Both the position numbers and the translations under genes were made by a program. The notes beneath the pieces are model-generated. The model made no database searches, was not told the DNA's origin, and worked only from the letters and a program-made list of their open reading frames with translations. Below are positions 39,091-48,682 of a DNA stretch of 64,000 nucleotides, piece by piece; the stretch's first letter is position 1, and the number at the start of each line of letters is the position of its first letter. The stretch is from Parcubacteria group bacterium GW2011_GWA2_43_13 (lineage in GTDB: Bacteria; Patescibacteriota; Patescibacteriia; UBA9629; GWA2-43-13), in assembly GCA_000999025.1 (NCBI GenBank), contig LCFM01000005.1:71087-135086 (forward strand), given 5' to 3'.

Positions 39091-40878
39091 CTATTTTAAT
39101 GTTCTTTTTGTTTTGATATACCATTCTGCGATACGCGCAAACCTGTCAGACGGAGTTGCAATACTTGTTTGAGTAAATCCTTTAATTGCTTGAGGAAGTA
39201 CATATGTATATGTCGGCGAGTATAAAAATACTGCAGGAATATCTTGATTGAGAATATCTTGAAATTGTTTATATTTTTCTCCCCGTGTTTCCGGATCAAT
39301 TATTTTTCGCGCTTCTTCAAGGAGCGCGTCTGCCTTTTTATTTGAAAAAAGCGAAAGATTTAATCCCGGTGATTGTATTTGAGATGAATGCCAGAATGGA
39401 TACGGGTCAGGATCAGGTCCTAATACTTCTCCGTAAAGAAGCGCTTCGTACGCGCGTACATTGATAATATCTGATGTAATTTTTTTATGTGAGACCAAGC
39501 GGACGTAGGTAATGATTCCGACGCTTTGTAAATCCGTTCGGATGGTGTTTGCAAGGGCAGTCATTTCCGGCTGATCGACTGTAGTAATGGTGAGAGATAA
39601 CAGAGAACCTTGTTTTATGCGATAGGATGAAATGTCGTCCGGCAGTTGCGGAGCGGTGTCTGATGAAATCGTGTTTTTATTTTCTTCATCTTGAGCGTCC
39701 TCATCTGTTTTTTTACTTGCTTCATACTCATCTTTTGAAATAAGTTTCCACCCGGCTTCTATTAAAAGTTGCTGTGCGCGTTCTGTGTTGAATTCATAGC
39801 GCGTCACACTATCATGGTAGCCGATCGCATTTTTAGGAATAGGCGCGTCAATAATTTCAATGGGCGCCGATCCTGCGGTATTGGCGAGTGCGGGTTTATT
39901 GATTGCGTGAGCAATGGCAGTTCGCACTTTTTTATCTTTGAGAGCGTCATTATTATTTTGATTGAAAAAGAGAGCAGTGTATTGGGGGAGGGACAAGGTG
40001 TGAAAGTTAAGGGAGTTCGCGCCTTTAAGGGAACCTTTTAAATTTGGAGGAAGAAAGCTCAATCCATCTGTACTGCTGTTTTCTAATGCATTCACAGCGC
40101 TTGTGAAGTCAGGATAAAATTTGAATGTGATGTCTTTGAGCATTGGCCCTGTTGCATAGTAATGCGGGTTTCTCTCCAAGGTGTATTGTTTAATTGATCC
40201 GTTGCTGTCTTTGGAAAGAGATTTAAATTGATACGGGCCGCTTCCGATAGGGTTAATAAGGTTAATACGCGCAAGCGTCGCTGACTTTGGATCAATAGAG
40301 CTCCAGATGTGTTCAGGAAGAATACCAACAGTCAGTGTGGAGAGAAACGGAGCAAAGGGTTGTTCTAATTGAAATTGGATTGTCTGCTCATCTATTTGTT
40401 GTATTTTTACGTTTTTAAAATTAGGATATAGCGGACTTTTATAATTTTGATCTTGGATCGCGGCGATGGTGAATAACACATCATTGATAGTCACGGATTT
40501 GCCGTCATGCCAGATGATGTCGGAACGGAGTGTGATGGTATACGTTTTTTGATCATCGGCAATAGTGTATTTTTCCGCGAGATCGGGGATAAATGAAGCC
40601 CCGTCATATTTTAAAAGTCCGGAAAACACCAGATGTGAGATGTCGCTATCCACTTCATTTGATGAGGCGTACAGGGGATTGATGTAGGTTGGTTGCCCAA
40701 CAATGGCTTCAATGTATTTTCCGCCAATAGCAGGAGCTTCTTGTGTATTTTGCCATACAATATGAACAGCAAGAAGCGCAATAAGGATGATGGCGGTGAC
40801 ACTTGTGGTATATAAAATACGCTTTTCTTTTTGCGAAAGAAATCGTGTTAAATAACGAAGTTGTGGAATGCTGGGCAA
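39091..40878 (-). CDS. ABC-transporter substrate-binding protein, family 5 (oligopeptide-binding, OppA-like), membrane-anchored
   Basis: It has an N-terminal transmembrane anchor and SBP_bac_5-type length and motifs; no cognate permease genes are adjacent. Confidence 0.7.
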   Translation of the reverse strand: MPSIPQLRYLTRFLSQKEKRILYTTSVTAIILIALLAVHIVWQNTQEAPAIGGKYIEAIVGQPTYINPLYASSNEVDSDISHLVFSGLLKYDGASFIPDLAEKYTIADDQKTYTITLRSDIIWHDGKSVTINDVLFTIAAIQDQNYKSPLYPNFKNVKIQQIDEQTIQFQLEQPFAPFLSTLTVGILPEHIWSSIDPKSATLARINLINPIGSGPYQFKSLSKDSNGSIKQYTLERNPHYYATGPMLKDITFKFYPDFTSAVNALENSSTDGLSFLPPNLKGSLKGANSLNFHTLSLPQYTALFFNQNNNDALKDKKVRTAIAHAINKPALANTAGSAPIEIIDAPIPKNAIGYHDSVTRYEFNTERAQQLLIEAGWKLISKDEYEASKKTDEDAQDEENKNTISSDTAPQLPDDISSYRIKQGSLLSLTITTVDQPEMTALANTIRTDLQSVGIITYVRLVSHKKITSDIINVRAYEALLYGEVLGPDPDPYPFWHSSQIQSPGLNLSLFSNKKADALLEEARKIIDPETRGEKYKQFQDILNQDIPAVFLYSPTYTYVLPQAIKGFTQTSIATPSDRFARIAEWYIKTKRTLK

Positions 40879-41022
40879 TTTTCTTTTATGGAGCGATCTG
40901 ACGAGTCGCTGATCAAGGGTCGGGCCAGCATTATTATTTTTTCTAAAAATCAGAGGAAAAAACGATACTAAAGAGAGGCCTGCTAAAGATTCGGGCGTAC
41001 TCTTTTTATTGTAATAGTTGAA

Positions 41023-41238
41023 TTATGCAAGAAAGAGTGATGCGAATGCACTACCTGCGAACAGGACGGCGATGACGGTAGTTGCAATAAACAGGACTTT
41101 TTCAGCCCCGCGTTTTGTTCTAAAAACAGTTCCACCTCCTCCGAATACTTCGCCTAATCCAGCACCACGCGATTGAAGCAATATCGAACCGACAAGAAGA
41201 CCTGATAGAATGATTTGTGCTATATAGAGCCATTTCAT
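41023..41238 (-). CDS. secG: Preprotein translocase subunit SecG
   Basis: The 71-aa product has two transmembrane segments and the LLQSRGAGLG-type Gly-rich loop (GGGG). Confidence 0.85.
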   Translation of the reverse strand: MKWLYIAQIILSGLLVGSILLQSRGAGLGEVFGGGGTVFRTKRGAEKVLFIATTVIAVLFAGSAFASLFLA

Positions 41239-41297
41239 ACATTCAAAAATATCATCTATTACTATACCATGAGAATAGTTTACGAGTCAATGTTGTG

Positions 41298-42408
41298 CGC
41301 TGGTTCATATGATAGTATCCACCTAAGGGTTGTTCACCCGTATGAAAGGCAGATACTCTGGAAGCCATATGACTATCTATGGCTCAATCCTCCCAGGCGC
41401 GATTTCCATTGCCCGTTGGGCAAACAAAATCCAGCCTCTCACAGCACAAGCTAAACATACATTAAAGGTACTCGACTGGCACCGCACCCACGGCAACAAT
41501 ATCTCTTTAACCGCGCGTCATTTCTGCCTTACCAGAAAGACGGTTGCCTCCTGGCAGTATAAATTCAGTTGCTATGGTCCAATCGGGCTCAACCAACAAT
41601 CACGAAAACCTAAACACCTCCGACAACCCACTACCTCGAAACAGATAACATCAGAGGCAGTAACCCTCAAAAAACAATATCCAGCTTGGTCTAAATACAA
41701 AATTCAGAAACTCATGGAACACAAAGGTGTTAAAACTTCAGCCAGCACCGTTGGTAGAATCTTTAAGCGTAAAGGATTGATTAACAAAAAAGTGTCTGCT
41801 AAACGAAGGAAAGCCGCTATTCGTCCAAAAGCAAGATTTCCGCGAGGATTCAGGGTTTCCAACCCAGGAGATATGGTTCAAATTGATACGAAACAGGTTA
41901 ATCTTATCGCAGGCAGAAAGCTTTACCAGTTCACTGCCATTGATGTCTTAACCAAGCAGAGAGTGTTACGATACTATCCCTCGCTCTCCTCAAAAAATGG
42001 CTCTCTGTTTTTACAGGAATGCATAGAAACCTTCCCTTTTACCATCAGGGCGGTACAGACGGATAACGGATCAGAGTTCCTTAAATCCTTCCATGCCACG
42101 TGTCTTGAACGAACTATCCCTCATTACTTCATCTATCCTCGCACCCCTAAACAAAATGCATATGTGGAAAATTCCCACGGCTCGGACGAGAAAGAATTCT
42201 ACCTACAAGGCATTGTCTGTTCTAATCTCCTCGTTATGCAAACACGACTGAAACAATGGCAGAATACATGGAATGAAATCAGACCCCATGCCGCACTCAA
42301 CTACCTCACCCCCAAAGAATATTTTATGAAGTGGCAACATGGTAGATTGCCTACAAAAGACACCATAACTTTACAAACCTAACTGGATACTATGTATCTG
42401 AACCTGGA
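41298..42408 (+). mobile_element. IS481-family insertion sequence (single transposase ORF; imperfect terminal inverted repeats of about 20 bp, GGTTCATATGATAGTATCC / GGATACTATGTATCTGAACC)
   Basis: The IRs are read at 41302-41320 and 42385-42404, and the element is inserted between secG and pcrA. Confidence 0.7.
41330..42382 (+). CDS. IS481-family transposase (N-terminal HTH + DDE integrase core)
   Basis: It has an HTH region and an rve core (DMVQIDTK...FTAIDVLTK...QTDNGSEF) in a single ORF. Confidence 0.85.
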   Translation: MFTRMKGRYSGSHMTIYGSILPGAISIARWANKIQPLTAQAKHTLKVLDWHRTHGNNISLTARHFCLTRKTVASWQYKFSCYGPIGLNQQSRKPKHLRQPTTSKQITSEAVTLKKQYPAWSKYKIQKLMEHKGVKTSASTVGRIFKRKGLINKKVSAKRRKAAIRPKARFPRGFRVSNPGDMVQIDTKQVNLIAGRKLYQFTAIDVLTKQRVLRYYPSLSSKNGSLFLQECIETFPFTIRAVQTDNGSEFLKSFHATCLERTIPHYFIYPRTPKQNAYVENSHGSDEKEFYLQGIVCSNLLVMQTRLKQWQNTWNEIRPHAALNYLTPKEYFMKWQHGRLPTKDTITLQT

Positions 42409-42451
42409 CATGTTGGTCTTTTTACCTGCGCATCGTATAATACAGTGTGAT

Positions 42452-44563
42452 ATGAGTATTCTTGATGGATTGAATGAGAATCAACAACGGGCTGTCCAGC
42501 ACGTGGACGGGCCTGTTTTAGTTTTGGCAGGCGCTGGGAGCGGTAAAACTCGCACGCTTGCGCATCGGATAGCGTATATTATTTCTGAAAAGAAAAAGAG
42601 CTCATCTTCGGTGCTTGCGGTAACATTTACGAACAAAGCGGCTCAAGAAATGAGAGAGCGTGTAGTGAAACTCTTGCGTATTCCTGTACGGAGCATGCCT
42701 CGATTCACTACTGATCTTGATCAGCAGATATTTCCAGTAATGGGTACGTTTCATTCCATTAGCGTTCGTATATTAAGGAAAGAGGGAGGATTGTTAGGGT
42801 ATAAACCTGATTATGCGATTTATGATGAGCACGATCAAAAAGCCGCGATAAAACAGGCAATGGATGAGCTTGGTATCTCTCCCAAAGAAATCAATCCGCA
42901 AAATATTGCATGGATGATATCTTCGGCAAAAAATAAACTCTTGACCCCTGTTGATTATGCAGGCAAAGCAGACGGGTTTTTGGAGGAAATCGCATCTCGG
43001 GTGTATCAATCGTATCAGGATATTTTACGCCGTCATCAGGCAATGGATTTTGATGATTTGATTATGAATGTTGTTGGGCTGTTCGAAACATATCCCGACC
43101 TACTTGAACGCTATCAGGATCGGTTTCAGTATATTCTGATTGATGAGTATCAGGACACGAATACTGCTCAGTATCGGTGGGTTTCATTATTGGCGAAAAA
43201 GAATCAAAATATTTTTGTCGTTGGCGATGACTGGCAGGCAATTTATGGGTGGCGCGGAGCGGATTTTCATAATATCTTGAATTTCGAAAAAGAATATCCA
43301 AAGGTGAAAGTATTTTATTTGGAACAGAATTATCGTTCAACGCAACCGATCTTGGATTTGGGTAATTTTATCATCAAGCAAAATACGCATCAAAAAGATA
43401 AGACCTTGTGGACTGAAAATCATTCAGGTGATAAACCGAGAATTATTGAAGTTGAAGACGAGTGGCGGGAAGGGGAATGTATTTTGAACGCGCTTGGAAA
43501 GAAACGCAAAAAAGAAAGCGCATTTGATGATATTGTATATGAATATGATGACGGGAAGCGGGTTGCGGGCATGTCAATTCTTGAGCGCATTATGCAGGAA
43601 CAACGCGCTAAAAAAGATCAAGAGCGCGGTTGGGAAAAACGGTCATATGATATTGATTTTTCAGGGGTTACTCTTTCGGATAGCGTGGTGTTGTATCGTA
43701 CGAATGCTCAATCCCGCGCACTTGAAGAAGTATTGCTGACGTTCGGGGTTCCATATCGCATTATCGGCGGATTAAAGTTTTATGATCGTAAAGAAATTAA
43801 AGATATGCTCGCTCTGTTGCGGTTTGTGTATAATCAGGATGATCTTGTAAGCTTTGATCGAGTAATTGATGTGGTTGGAGAAGGGATCGGGCCGAAAACT
43901 ATTTCAATGGTGCGGCAGTGTTCTCGTACACGAGGATTGCCTGTCATTGAAGTAATGAAGAACGCAGTTGAGTTTATTGATGTGTCTGATGCCCGGGCGC
44001 AGAAATTAGTTGCTTTTGGCGAGATGATAGAAGATTTACTGGTTCGATTAGAAGATACAGGACTGGATGATTTTATTGATATTGTGGGGAAAAGGACAGG
44101 ATATTTTTCTTTGCTTAATGACGGCAGTCCAGAAAATCAGGCACGATTAGAAAATATCGCAGAGCTTAAAACAGTGGCAAAAAAGTTTCGGCAAGAGAAG
44201 GGTGTGCAAGGGCTATCTTTGTTTTTGGAAGAGGTTGCGTTATTGACTGATCTTGATCGGGAAGATGCGCGAGGGGATCAGCTAACATTGATGACGCTTC
44301 ATAGCGCAAAAGGATTAGAATTTAAAACAGTGTTTGTTGCCGGGTGTGAAGAAGGGTTACTGCCTCATTCAAACAGTATGATGAGGCCGGAAGAGTTGGA
44401 AGAAGAGCGGCGATTGTGCTATGTTGGAATCACGCGTGCAAAAGAGAATTTGTATTTAACGCATACGCGGCAAAGAACTATTTTTGGCAAAACCATGGTG
44501 AATCTTCCCTCCCAGTTCATTGCTGATATGCCGGATGAATTGGTTGAGAGGATTATATTATAA
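42452..44563 (+). CDS. pcrA: ATP-dependent DNA helicase PcrA/UvrD
   Basis: The Walker A AGAGSGKTRTL and the UvrD helicase motifs are present throughout. Confidence 0.95.
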   Translation: MSILDGLNENQQRAVQHVDGPVLVLAGAGSGKTRTLAHRIAYIISEKKKSSSSVLAVTFTNKAAQEMRERVVKLLRIPVRSMPRFTTDLDQQIFPVMGTFHSISVRILRKEGGLLGYKPDYAIYDEHDQKAAIKQAMDELGISPKEINPQNIAWMISSAKNKLLTPVDYAGKADGFLEEIASRVYQSYQDILRRHQAMDFDDLIMNVVGLFETYPDLLERYQDRFQYILIDEYQDTNTAQYRWVSLLAKKNQNIFVVGDDWQAIYGWRGADFHNILNFEKEYPKVKVFYLEQNYRSTQPILDLGNFIIKQNTHQKDKTLWTENHSGDKPRIIEVEDEWREGECILNALGKKRKKESAFDDIVYEYDDGKRVAGMSILERIMQEQRAKKDQERGWEKRSYDIDFSGVTLSDSVVLYRTNAQSRALEEVLLTFGVPYRIIGGLKFYDRKEIKDMLALLRFVYNQDDLVSFDRVIDVVGEGIGPKTISMVRQCSRTRGLPVIEVMKNAVEFIDVSDARAQKLVAFGEMIEDLLVRLEDTGLDDFIDIVGKRTGYFSLLNDGSPENQARLENIAELKTVAKKFRQEKGVQGLSLFLEEVALLTDLDREDARGDQLTLMTLHSAKGLEFKTVFVAGCEEGLLPHSNSMMRPEELEEERRLCYVGITRAKENLYLTHTRQRTIFGKTMVNLPSQFIADMPDELVERIIL

Positions 44564-44594
44564 TGCGATCCTAATCCGTCGGCTGGCGGAACGA

Positions 44595-44689
44595 ATAACA
44601 TCTGAATGAATCCGAATATAGCGAATTGCCGTCATTAGGAATATTCGTAGATTCGGATGTATTCGTAGATTCGGATTGCTTCAGATACT
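44595..44689. repeat. Family E intergenic element (…AATCCGAATATAGCGAAT… / …TTCGTAGATTCGGATGTATTCGTAGATTCGGATTGC)
   Basis: The sequence is read directly, upstream of the SDR gene. Confidence 0.7.
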
Positions 44690-45388
44690 ATGAAAACAGC
44701 AATTATTATTGGAGGCACGGGCGGCATTGGTCGCGCGATTAGCCAAATGTTAAGTAAGGAATTTTCCATTGCCGTATCTGGGTTGCGTCAGGAGGAAGTT
44801 GACAAGGTTCTTTCAGAACTTGGTCATGGTTATTGGGGTAGGGCGTTTGACGCAACGTCAAGTAAGGATGTGAACACATTTATTGCTCAAGTCAAAGAGC
44901 GTTATGGTTCAGTGGATGTATTGGTTAATAGTCAAGGGTTGTTTGTGGAAGGCGCAATTGAAACAATGACAGATGAACAGTGGAAAAAGATTATGGAAGT
45001 GAATCTCTCCAGTGTGTTTTATAGCTGTCGGGCCGTTGTCCCGATAATGAAACAGCAGGGGAGTGGGTTTATTATCAATATCAGTTCTATTGCCGGTGAG
45101 GTTGGATTTCCAAATGAAACACTCTATGTGTCATCTAAATTTGCTGTGAATGGGCTTTCAGAGGCCTTGTATAAAGAACTAAAACAGTATAATATCCGCG
45201 TAACTGCTCTGTGTCCGGGGCTTGTGGATACGCCACTTGCTCGACAGGGCTTTGATCTTTCCGAGGATCAATGGAAAGAGGCGCTTGCGCCGATTGATGT
45301 GGCTCGTGTTGTGTATAATCTGGTTACTATGCCAGCAACAACCCAGTTCATATCAAAAATCACCATTGATCCCAAACTGACGTTTTAG
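44690..45388 (+). CDS. Short-chain dehydrogenase/reductase family oxidoreductase
   Basis: It has the TGGTGGIG NAD(P)-binding motif and the SDR catalytic YxxxK. Confidence 0.85.
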   Translation: MKTAIIIGGTGGIGRAISQMLSKEFSIAVSGLRQEEVDKVLSELGHGYWGRAFDATSSKDVNTFIAQVKERYGSVDVLVNSQGLFVEGAIETMTDEQWKKIMEVNLSSVFYSCRAVVPIMKQQGSGFIINISSIAGEVGFPNETLYVSSKFAVNGLSEALYKELKQYNIRVTALCPGLVDTPLARQGFDLSEDQWKEALAPIDVARVVYNLVTMPATTQFISKITIDPKLTF

Positions 45389-45397
45389 GAGAAATCC

Positions 45398-46117
45398 ATG
45401 GCTGATGTCAGAAAAGACCGAATCACGTTCGTGGTTTTCGGTCCCTACGGTAATGTTGGGTTGGCAGTGAGCAGAATGATCGCTGAATACTTCTCAGCGA
45501 GTCGTGTGACTCTGTGTTCACGCGACAGTTGCCGATTAACGGCACTGCGGCGCGATGTGTTTACTGATTCAAAGAGAGTGAACGTGATGGCAGGCGACGT
45601 GGCAGAGCCATCCGTTGCTTTCGACGCCATTCATTCCACGCACAATCAATGTGAATTGTGTGTTGTGATAGACGCATCAGGCACGTGGCGCGGCGTGGAA
45701 GAAGATTTCTCAGCAGAAAGGGTTTTGAGCTACCTTGCGCCAGCCGTCCGTATTTACGAGGCGGTATGTCGCCTGACCAGCTTCTTACCATTGCATTATC
45801 TGTACTTGGCTGGCTCAGTGGCAGGCACGGTATTGCCGTTTTTTCCTGGGCAGTTCGAGTACTCGCTTGCGAAGTTGGCAATGCACCATTGCCTGGTGTC
45901 AGGACATGAACGAGGGGTAGGTTTTACGATATCCATGGCCACGCTCGGCCTGGTTGAGGGTACTGATCTCTCCAAGCTCGGACCTGGAACGCGCGTGACA
46001 GATACTCTCGTGGATCCGCGCGAGGTCGCACATTGGGCACTCGAACGGATCAATAATCCAGAGGGCACTGAGTGGTACAAAACATTTCTTGGCAACTATC
46101 AGGTGGTCGTCGAGTGA
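45398..46117 (+). CDS. Hypothetical NAD(P)-binding Rossmann-like protein (atypical SDR-like)
   Basis: It has a Gly-rich N-terminus (VVFGPYGNVGLAV) and an elevated GC of about 53%. Confidence 0.4.
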   Translation: MADVRKDRITFVVFGPYGNVGLAVSRMIAEYFSASRVTLCSRDSCRLTALRRDVFTDSKRVNVMAGDVAEPSVAFDAIHSTHNQCELCVVIDASGTWRGVEEDFSAERVLSYLAPAVRIYEAVCRLTSFLPLHYLYLAGSVAGTVLPFFPGQFEYSLAKLAMHHCLVSGHERGVGFTISMATLGLVEGTDLSKLGPGTRVTDTLVDPREVAHWALERINNPEGTEWYKTFLGNYQVVVE

Positions 46118-46154
46118 GCCGGAGTATCGGCTTATCTTGTTCTCTATACTGGAA

Positions 46155-46199
46155 TCTGGAAATGCGAAAGAAAGGCGCATTCCCAGATTTATTTTTTTA
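46155..46199 (+). terminator. Terminator (CTGGAAATGCG-aaagaaagg-CGCATTCCCAG followed by ATTTATTTTTTTA)
   Basis: The hairpin plus T-run is read directly. Confidence 0.65.
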
Positions 46200-46339
46200 T
46201 CCGCAGTTTCGCGAGTTTTTTTACAGATGATCCAGATACAATCATTTTGATTTTTTTCTTTTTTTCGCGGCGAGTTATTTTTTGTTCTGTACGTTTTTCT
46301 GTGATGGTTTTGTTTTGCATAGGATTAAATGCGTGGATG

Positions 46340-46400
46340 ATATTTTATGAACGTATACTACGATTCGTAGATTCGGATGTCATGTGTAGATTAGGATTGC
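46340..46400. repeat. Family E element (CGATTCGTAGATTCGGATGTCATGTGTAGATTAGGATTGCC)
   Basis: The sequence is read directly, just downstream of the uvrC stop. Confidence 0.7.
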
Positions 46401-46401
46401 C

Positions 46402-48261
46402 TTATAAATATTCCCGGAACTGCTGTGTTAATTGTTTCCCAAGAATAGGGGAGAGTTCATCATCAGTCGCATTTTTAATGCCACTAATATCGCCAAATAT
46501 TTTGAACAACTTTTTTTTACGCTTTGGACCGATACCTGGGATTGAATCCAAGAGAGAAGGGGAGAGTGATGTTGTATGTTTTTTTCTGTAATATTGGATA
46601 GCGAACCGATGCGCTTCATCACGAATATATTGCAAAATATGGAGTTTTGTGGTGCCTGTGGATAACTTTTTTAATGTGAAAGGGGATTGGGGTCTCCCCT
46701 CTCTCCATGTTGGTAAAAAAATATCTTCTTGTTTTTTTGCCAATGCAATAATTGGGATATCTAAATGTAACGCATGCCATACGCTTATGGCTGATGATAA
46801 TTGCCCCTTTCCCCCATCAATAATAACCAAGTCCGGCTTGGGCCAGATCATCTTTTGCGTGAGACATTCGTTATGATTTGTGATAGGTTTGTGATGATGC
46901 GCAAAGCGGCGTATGAGCACTTCTTTTATCATAGCAAAATCATTTGATCCTTTCACTGTTTTGATAGAGAATTTTCTATATTCGTTTTTTGCAGGTATGC
47001 CATCAATAAACACAACCATCGAAGCAACTGGATACGTTCCTTGGATATTTGAAATGTCATAACATTCAATTCTGTGAGGAATGATAGGAAGAGCCATGTC
47101 CTTCTTTAGCTCTTTCAGTACGCTGGTGTGATTTTTCAATGGTTGATACTGCTCCCAGTCAGGCCGTGATTGTGTGAGATATTCGCATGCATTTTTTTCT
47201 GCCAGTGTAAGGAGTTTTCGTTTTTTTCCCTTTATTGGAACTGAAAAAGTAACGTCAACGCCACACACTGCAGATAGCGCTGACTGTGATAGAGACGGAA
47301 TATAGGGGAGAATGATTTCGCGTGGCAGGTCAGGGGCGTGAGTGTAGTATTGTGATAAAAATGACGCTTCAATATCAGGGAGAGAATCATATCGCGTGTG
47401 GGTGAGTATGAATTGAAATTTTTCAATCACATTCCCCTGTCGAATTTTTAAAAGAGTTACTGCGACCTGATCATGTTCATCATCGCGCACAAAACTGATA
47501 GCATCTTGGCTTACCTTTTTTTGTTGAATGATTGATTGTTGAGTGGGCTCTAATGCCTTGAGCGCGTGAATGCGATCGCGCCACTTCCCGGCTGATTCAT
47601 ATTCTTTTTGAGAGCTTGCGTATTCCATTTTTTGAATAAACAATCGTAACGCGTTATCAGTATCCCCTTGTAAAATCGAAATGATGGCATTGATGATTTC
47701 GTGATATTCTTTTTTAAGATGACTGTTTTGTTCCGCCTCTTGTGTGTGCACGCAGGGTTCTGTGCATCGTTTCATGTAATACTGAAGACATGGACGTGAA
47801 GATCCTTTTTCTTTTGTTCTGTAAGGAAAGATATGTTTTAGCGCGCGAAGTGCGATATGAATGGCGTAGGTTGAAAGGTAAGGACCGAAATACCGCGCCG
47901 TGCGTGTGGAAGTCGGCCTGCGGACAATGGTTACAGTAGGCCATTCTGTTTTTTGCGTTATTTTTATGTATGCGTGGCTTTTATCGTCTTTTAGTATGAT
48001 GTTATGCGCTGGCTGATGTTTTTTAATGAGGATAGATTCCAATATCAATGCCTCGGTTTCATTGGTTGTAACAATGGTTTCGATGTTCGTGATTTTTGAT
48101 ATCATCTGGCGTTTGTGTTCTTTAAGGTTTTGTATGTTTTGCCAATACGAACTCACCCTTTTTTTAAGGTTTTTTGCTTTGCCAATGTATAAGATGGCGG
48201 TTTCATTTTTGAATATATACACGCCTGGAGATGTCGAAATTTTACTTATGTCAGGTAACAT
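46402..48261 (-). CDS. uvrC: Excinuclease ABC subunit C
   Basis: It has the GIY-YIG N-terminus (GVYIFKNETAILYIGKAKNLKKRVSSY), a UvrBC domain, and a C-terminal helix-hairpin-helix. Confidence 0.95.
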   Translation of the reverse strand: MLPDISKISTSPGVYIFKNETAILYIGKAKNLKKRVSSYWQNIQNLKEHKRQMISKITNIETIVTTNETEALILESILIKKHQPAHNIILKDDKSHAYIKITQKTEWPTVTIVRRPTSTRTARYFGPYLSTYAIHIALRALKHIFPYRTKEKGSSRPCLQYYMKRCTEPCVHTQEAEQNSHLKKEYHEIINAIISILQGDTDNALRLFIQKMEYASSQKEYESAGKWRDRIHALKALEPTQQSIIQQKKVSQDAISFVRDDEHDQVAVTLLKIRQGNVIEKFQFILTHTRYDSLPDIEASFLSQYYTHAPDLPREIILPYIPSLSQSALSAVCGVDVTFSVPIKGKKRKLLTLAEKNACEYLTQSRPDWEQYQPLKNHTSVLKELKKDMALPIIPHRIECYDISNIQGTYPVASMVVFIDGIPAKNEYRKFSIKTVKGSNDFAMIKEVLIRRFAHHHKPITNHNECLTQKMIWPKPDLVIIDGGKGQLSSAISVWHALHLDIPIIALAKKQEDIFLPTWREGRPQSPFTLKKLSTGTTKLHILQYIRDEAHRFAIQYYRKKHTTSLSPSLLDSIPGIGPKRKKKLFKIFGDISGIKNATDDELSPILGKQLTQQFREYL

Positions 48262-48325
48262 ATTGACTTTTTTATTGAATTTCAGTATATTGTTGATTAA
48301 CAAACCAGAGAGAGGAGTACTCGCA

Positions 48326-48493
48326 ATGAAGAGTCGCATTCTTGATGCTCTGCGGCGACTCTTTCGGCGGAGCTTGGTTCCTCGGCAACGCACAACGGTT
48401 GCTGAGGAAGTGTTCCGAGGATTGGAGCGGCAGCGCATTCAAGCGCGCATGCGCCATCTTAGGGAACAAGCTTCCGTTGGAAGTAGTCGATGA
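48326..48493 (+). CDS. Small Arg-rich hypothetical protein (55 aa) with its own RBS and terminator, between divergent uvrC and uvrA
   Basis: The RBS GAGAGGAG lies 8 nt before the ATG. The ORF has a local GC of about 55% and is followed by a hairpin plus T-run at 48527-48555. Confidence 0.4.
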   Translation: MKSRILDALRRLFRRSLVPRQRTTVAEEVFRGLERQRIQARMRHLREQASVGSSR

Positions 48494-48526
48494 CGATGCG
48501 AGTTCCAATGCCACTCTCTTGTAGCT

Positions 48527-48555
48527 GTCTCGGGATCCCGAGCGGCTTTTTTTAT
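48527..48555 (+). terminator. Hairpin CTCGG-GATC-CCGAG followed by CGGCTTTTTTTAT
   Basis: Sequence read directly. Confidence 0.5.
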
Positions 48556-48637
48556 ACTTATAATATATAAGGGCTTGTTGGAAAAGGCAAAAAAGAGTAT
48601 AATCAGAAACCGTATTGAGGGCCATACATCACCACTC

Positions 48638-48680
48638 CGCCAGCTGGCGGACGCTCCCTGTAAAGGAGAGGGGGAAAAAG
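48638..48680. repeat. Family D+B element (TCCGCCAGCTGGCGGA + CTCCCTGTAAAGGAGAGGGGG) that supplies the uvrA Shine-Dalgarno
   Basis: The AAAGGAGAGGGGG arm ends 6 nt before the uvrA ATG. Confidence 0.8.
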
Positions 48681-48682
48681 AT

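Noticed and set aside
48026-48493. 155-aa ORF spanning the uvrC start region
   Set aside because: Its 5' two-thirds overlaps the uvrC N-terminus in antisense and is hydrophobic nonsense. Only the 3' 55 codons (48326-48493), with their own RBS, were kept as a candidate.
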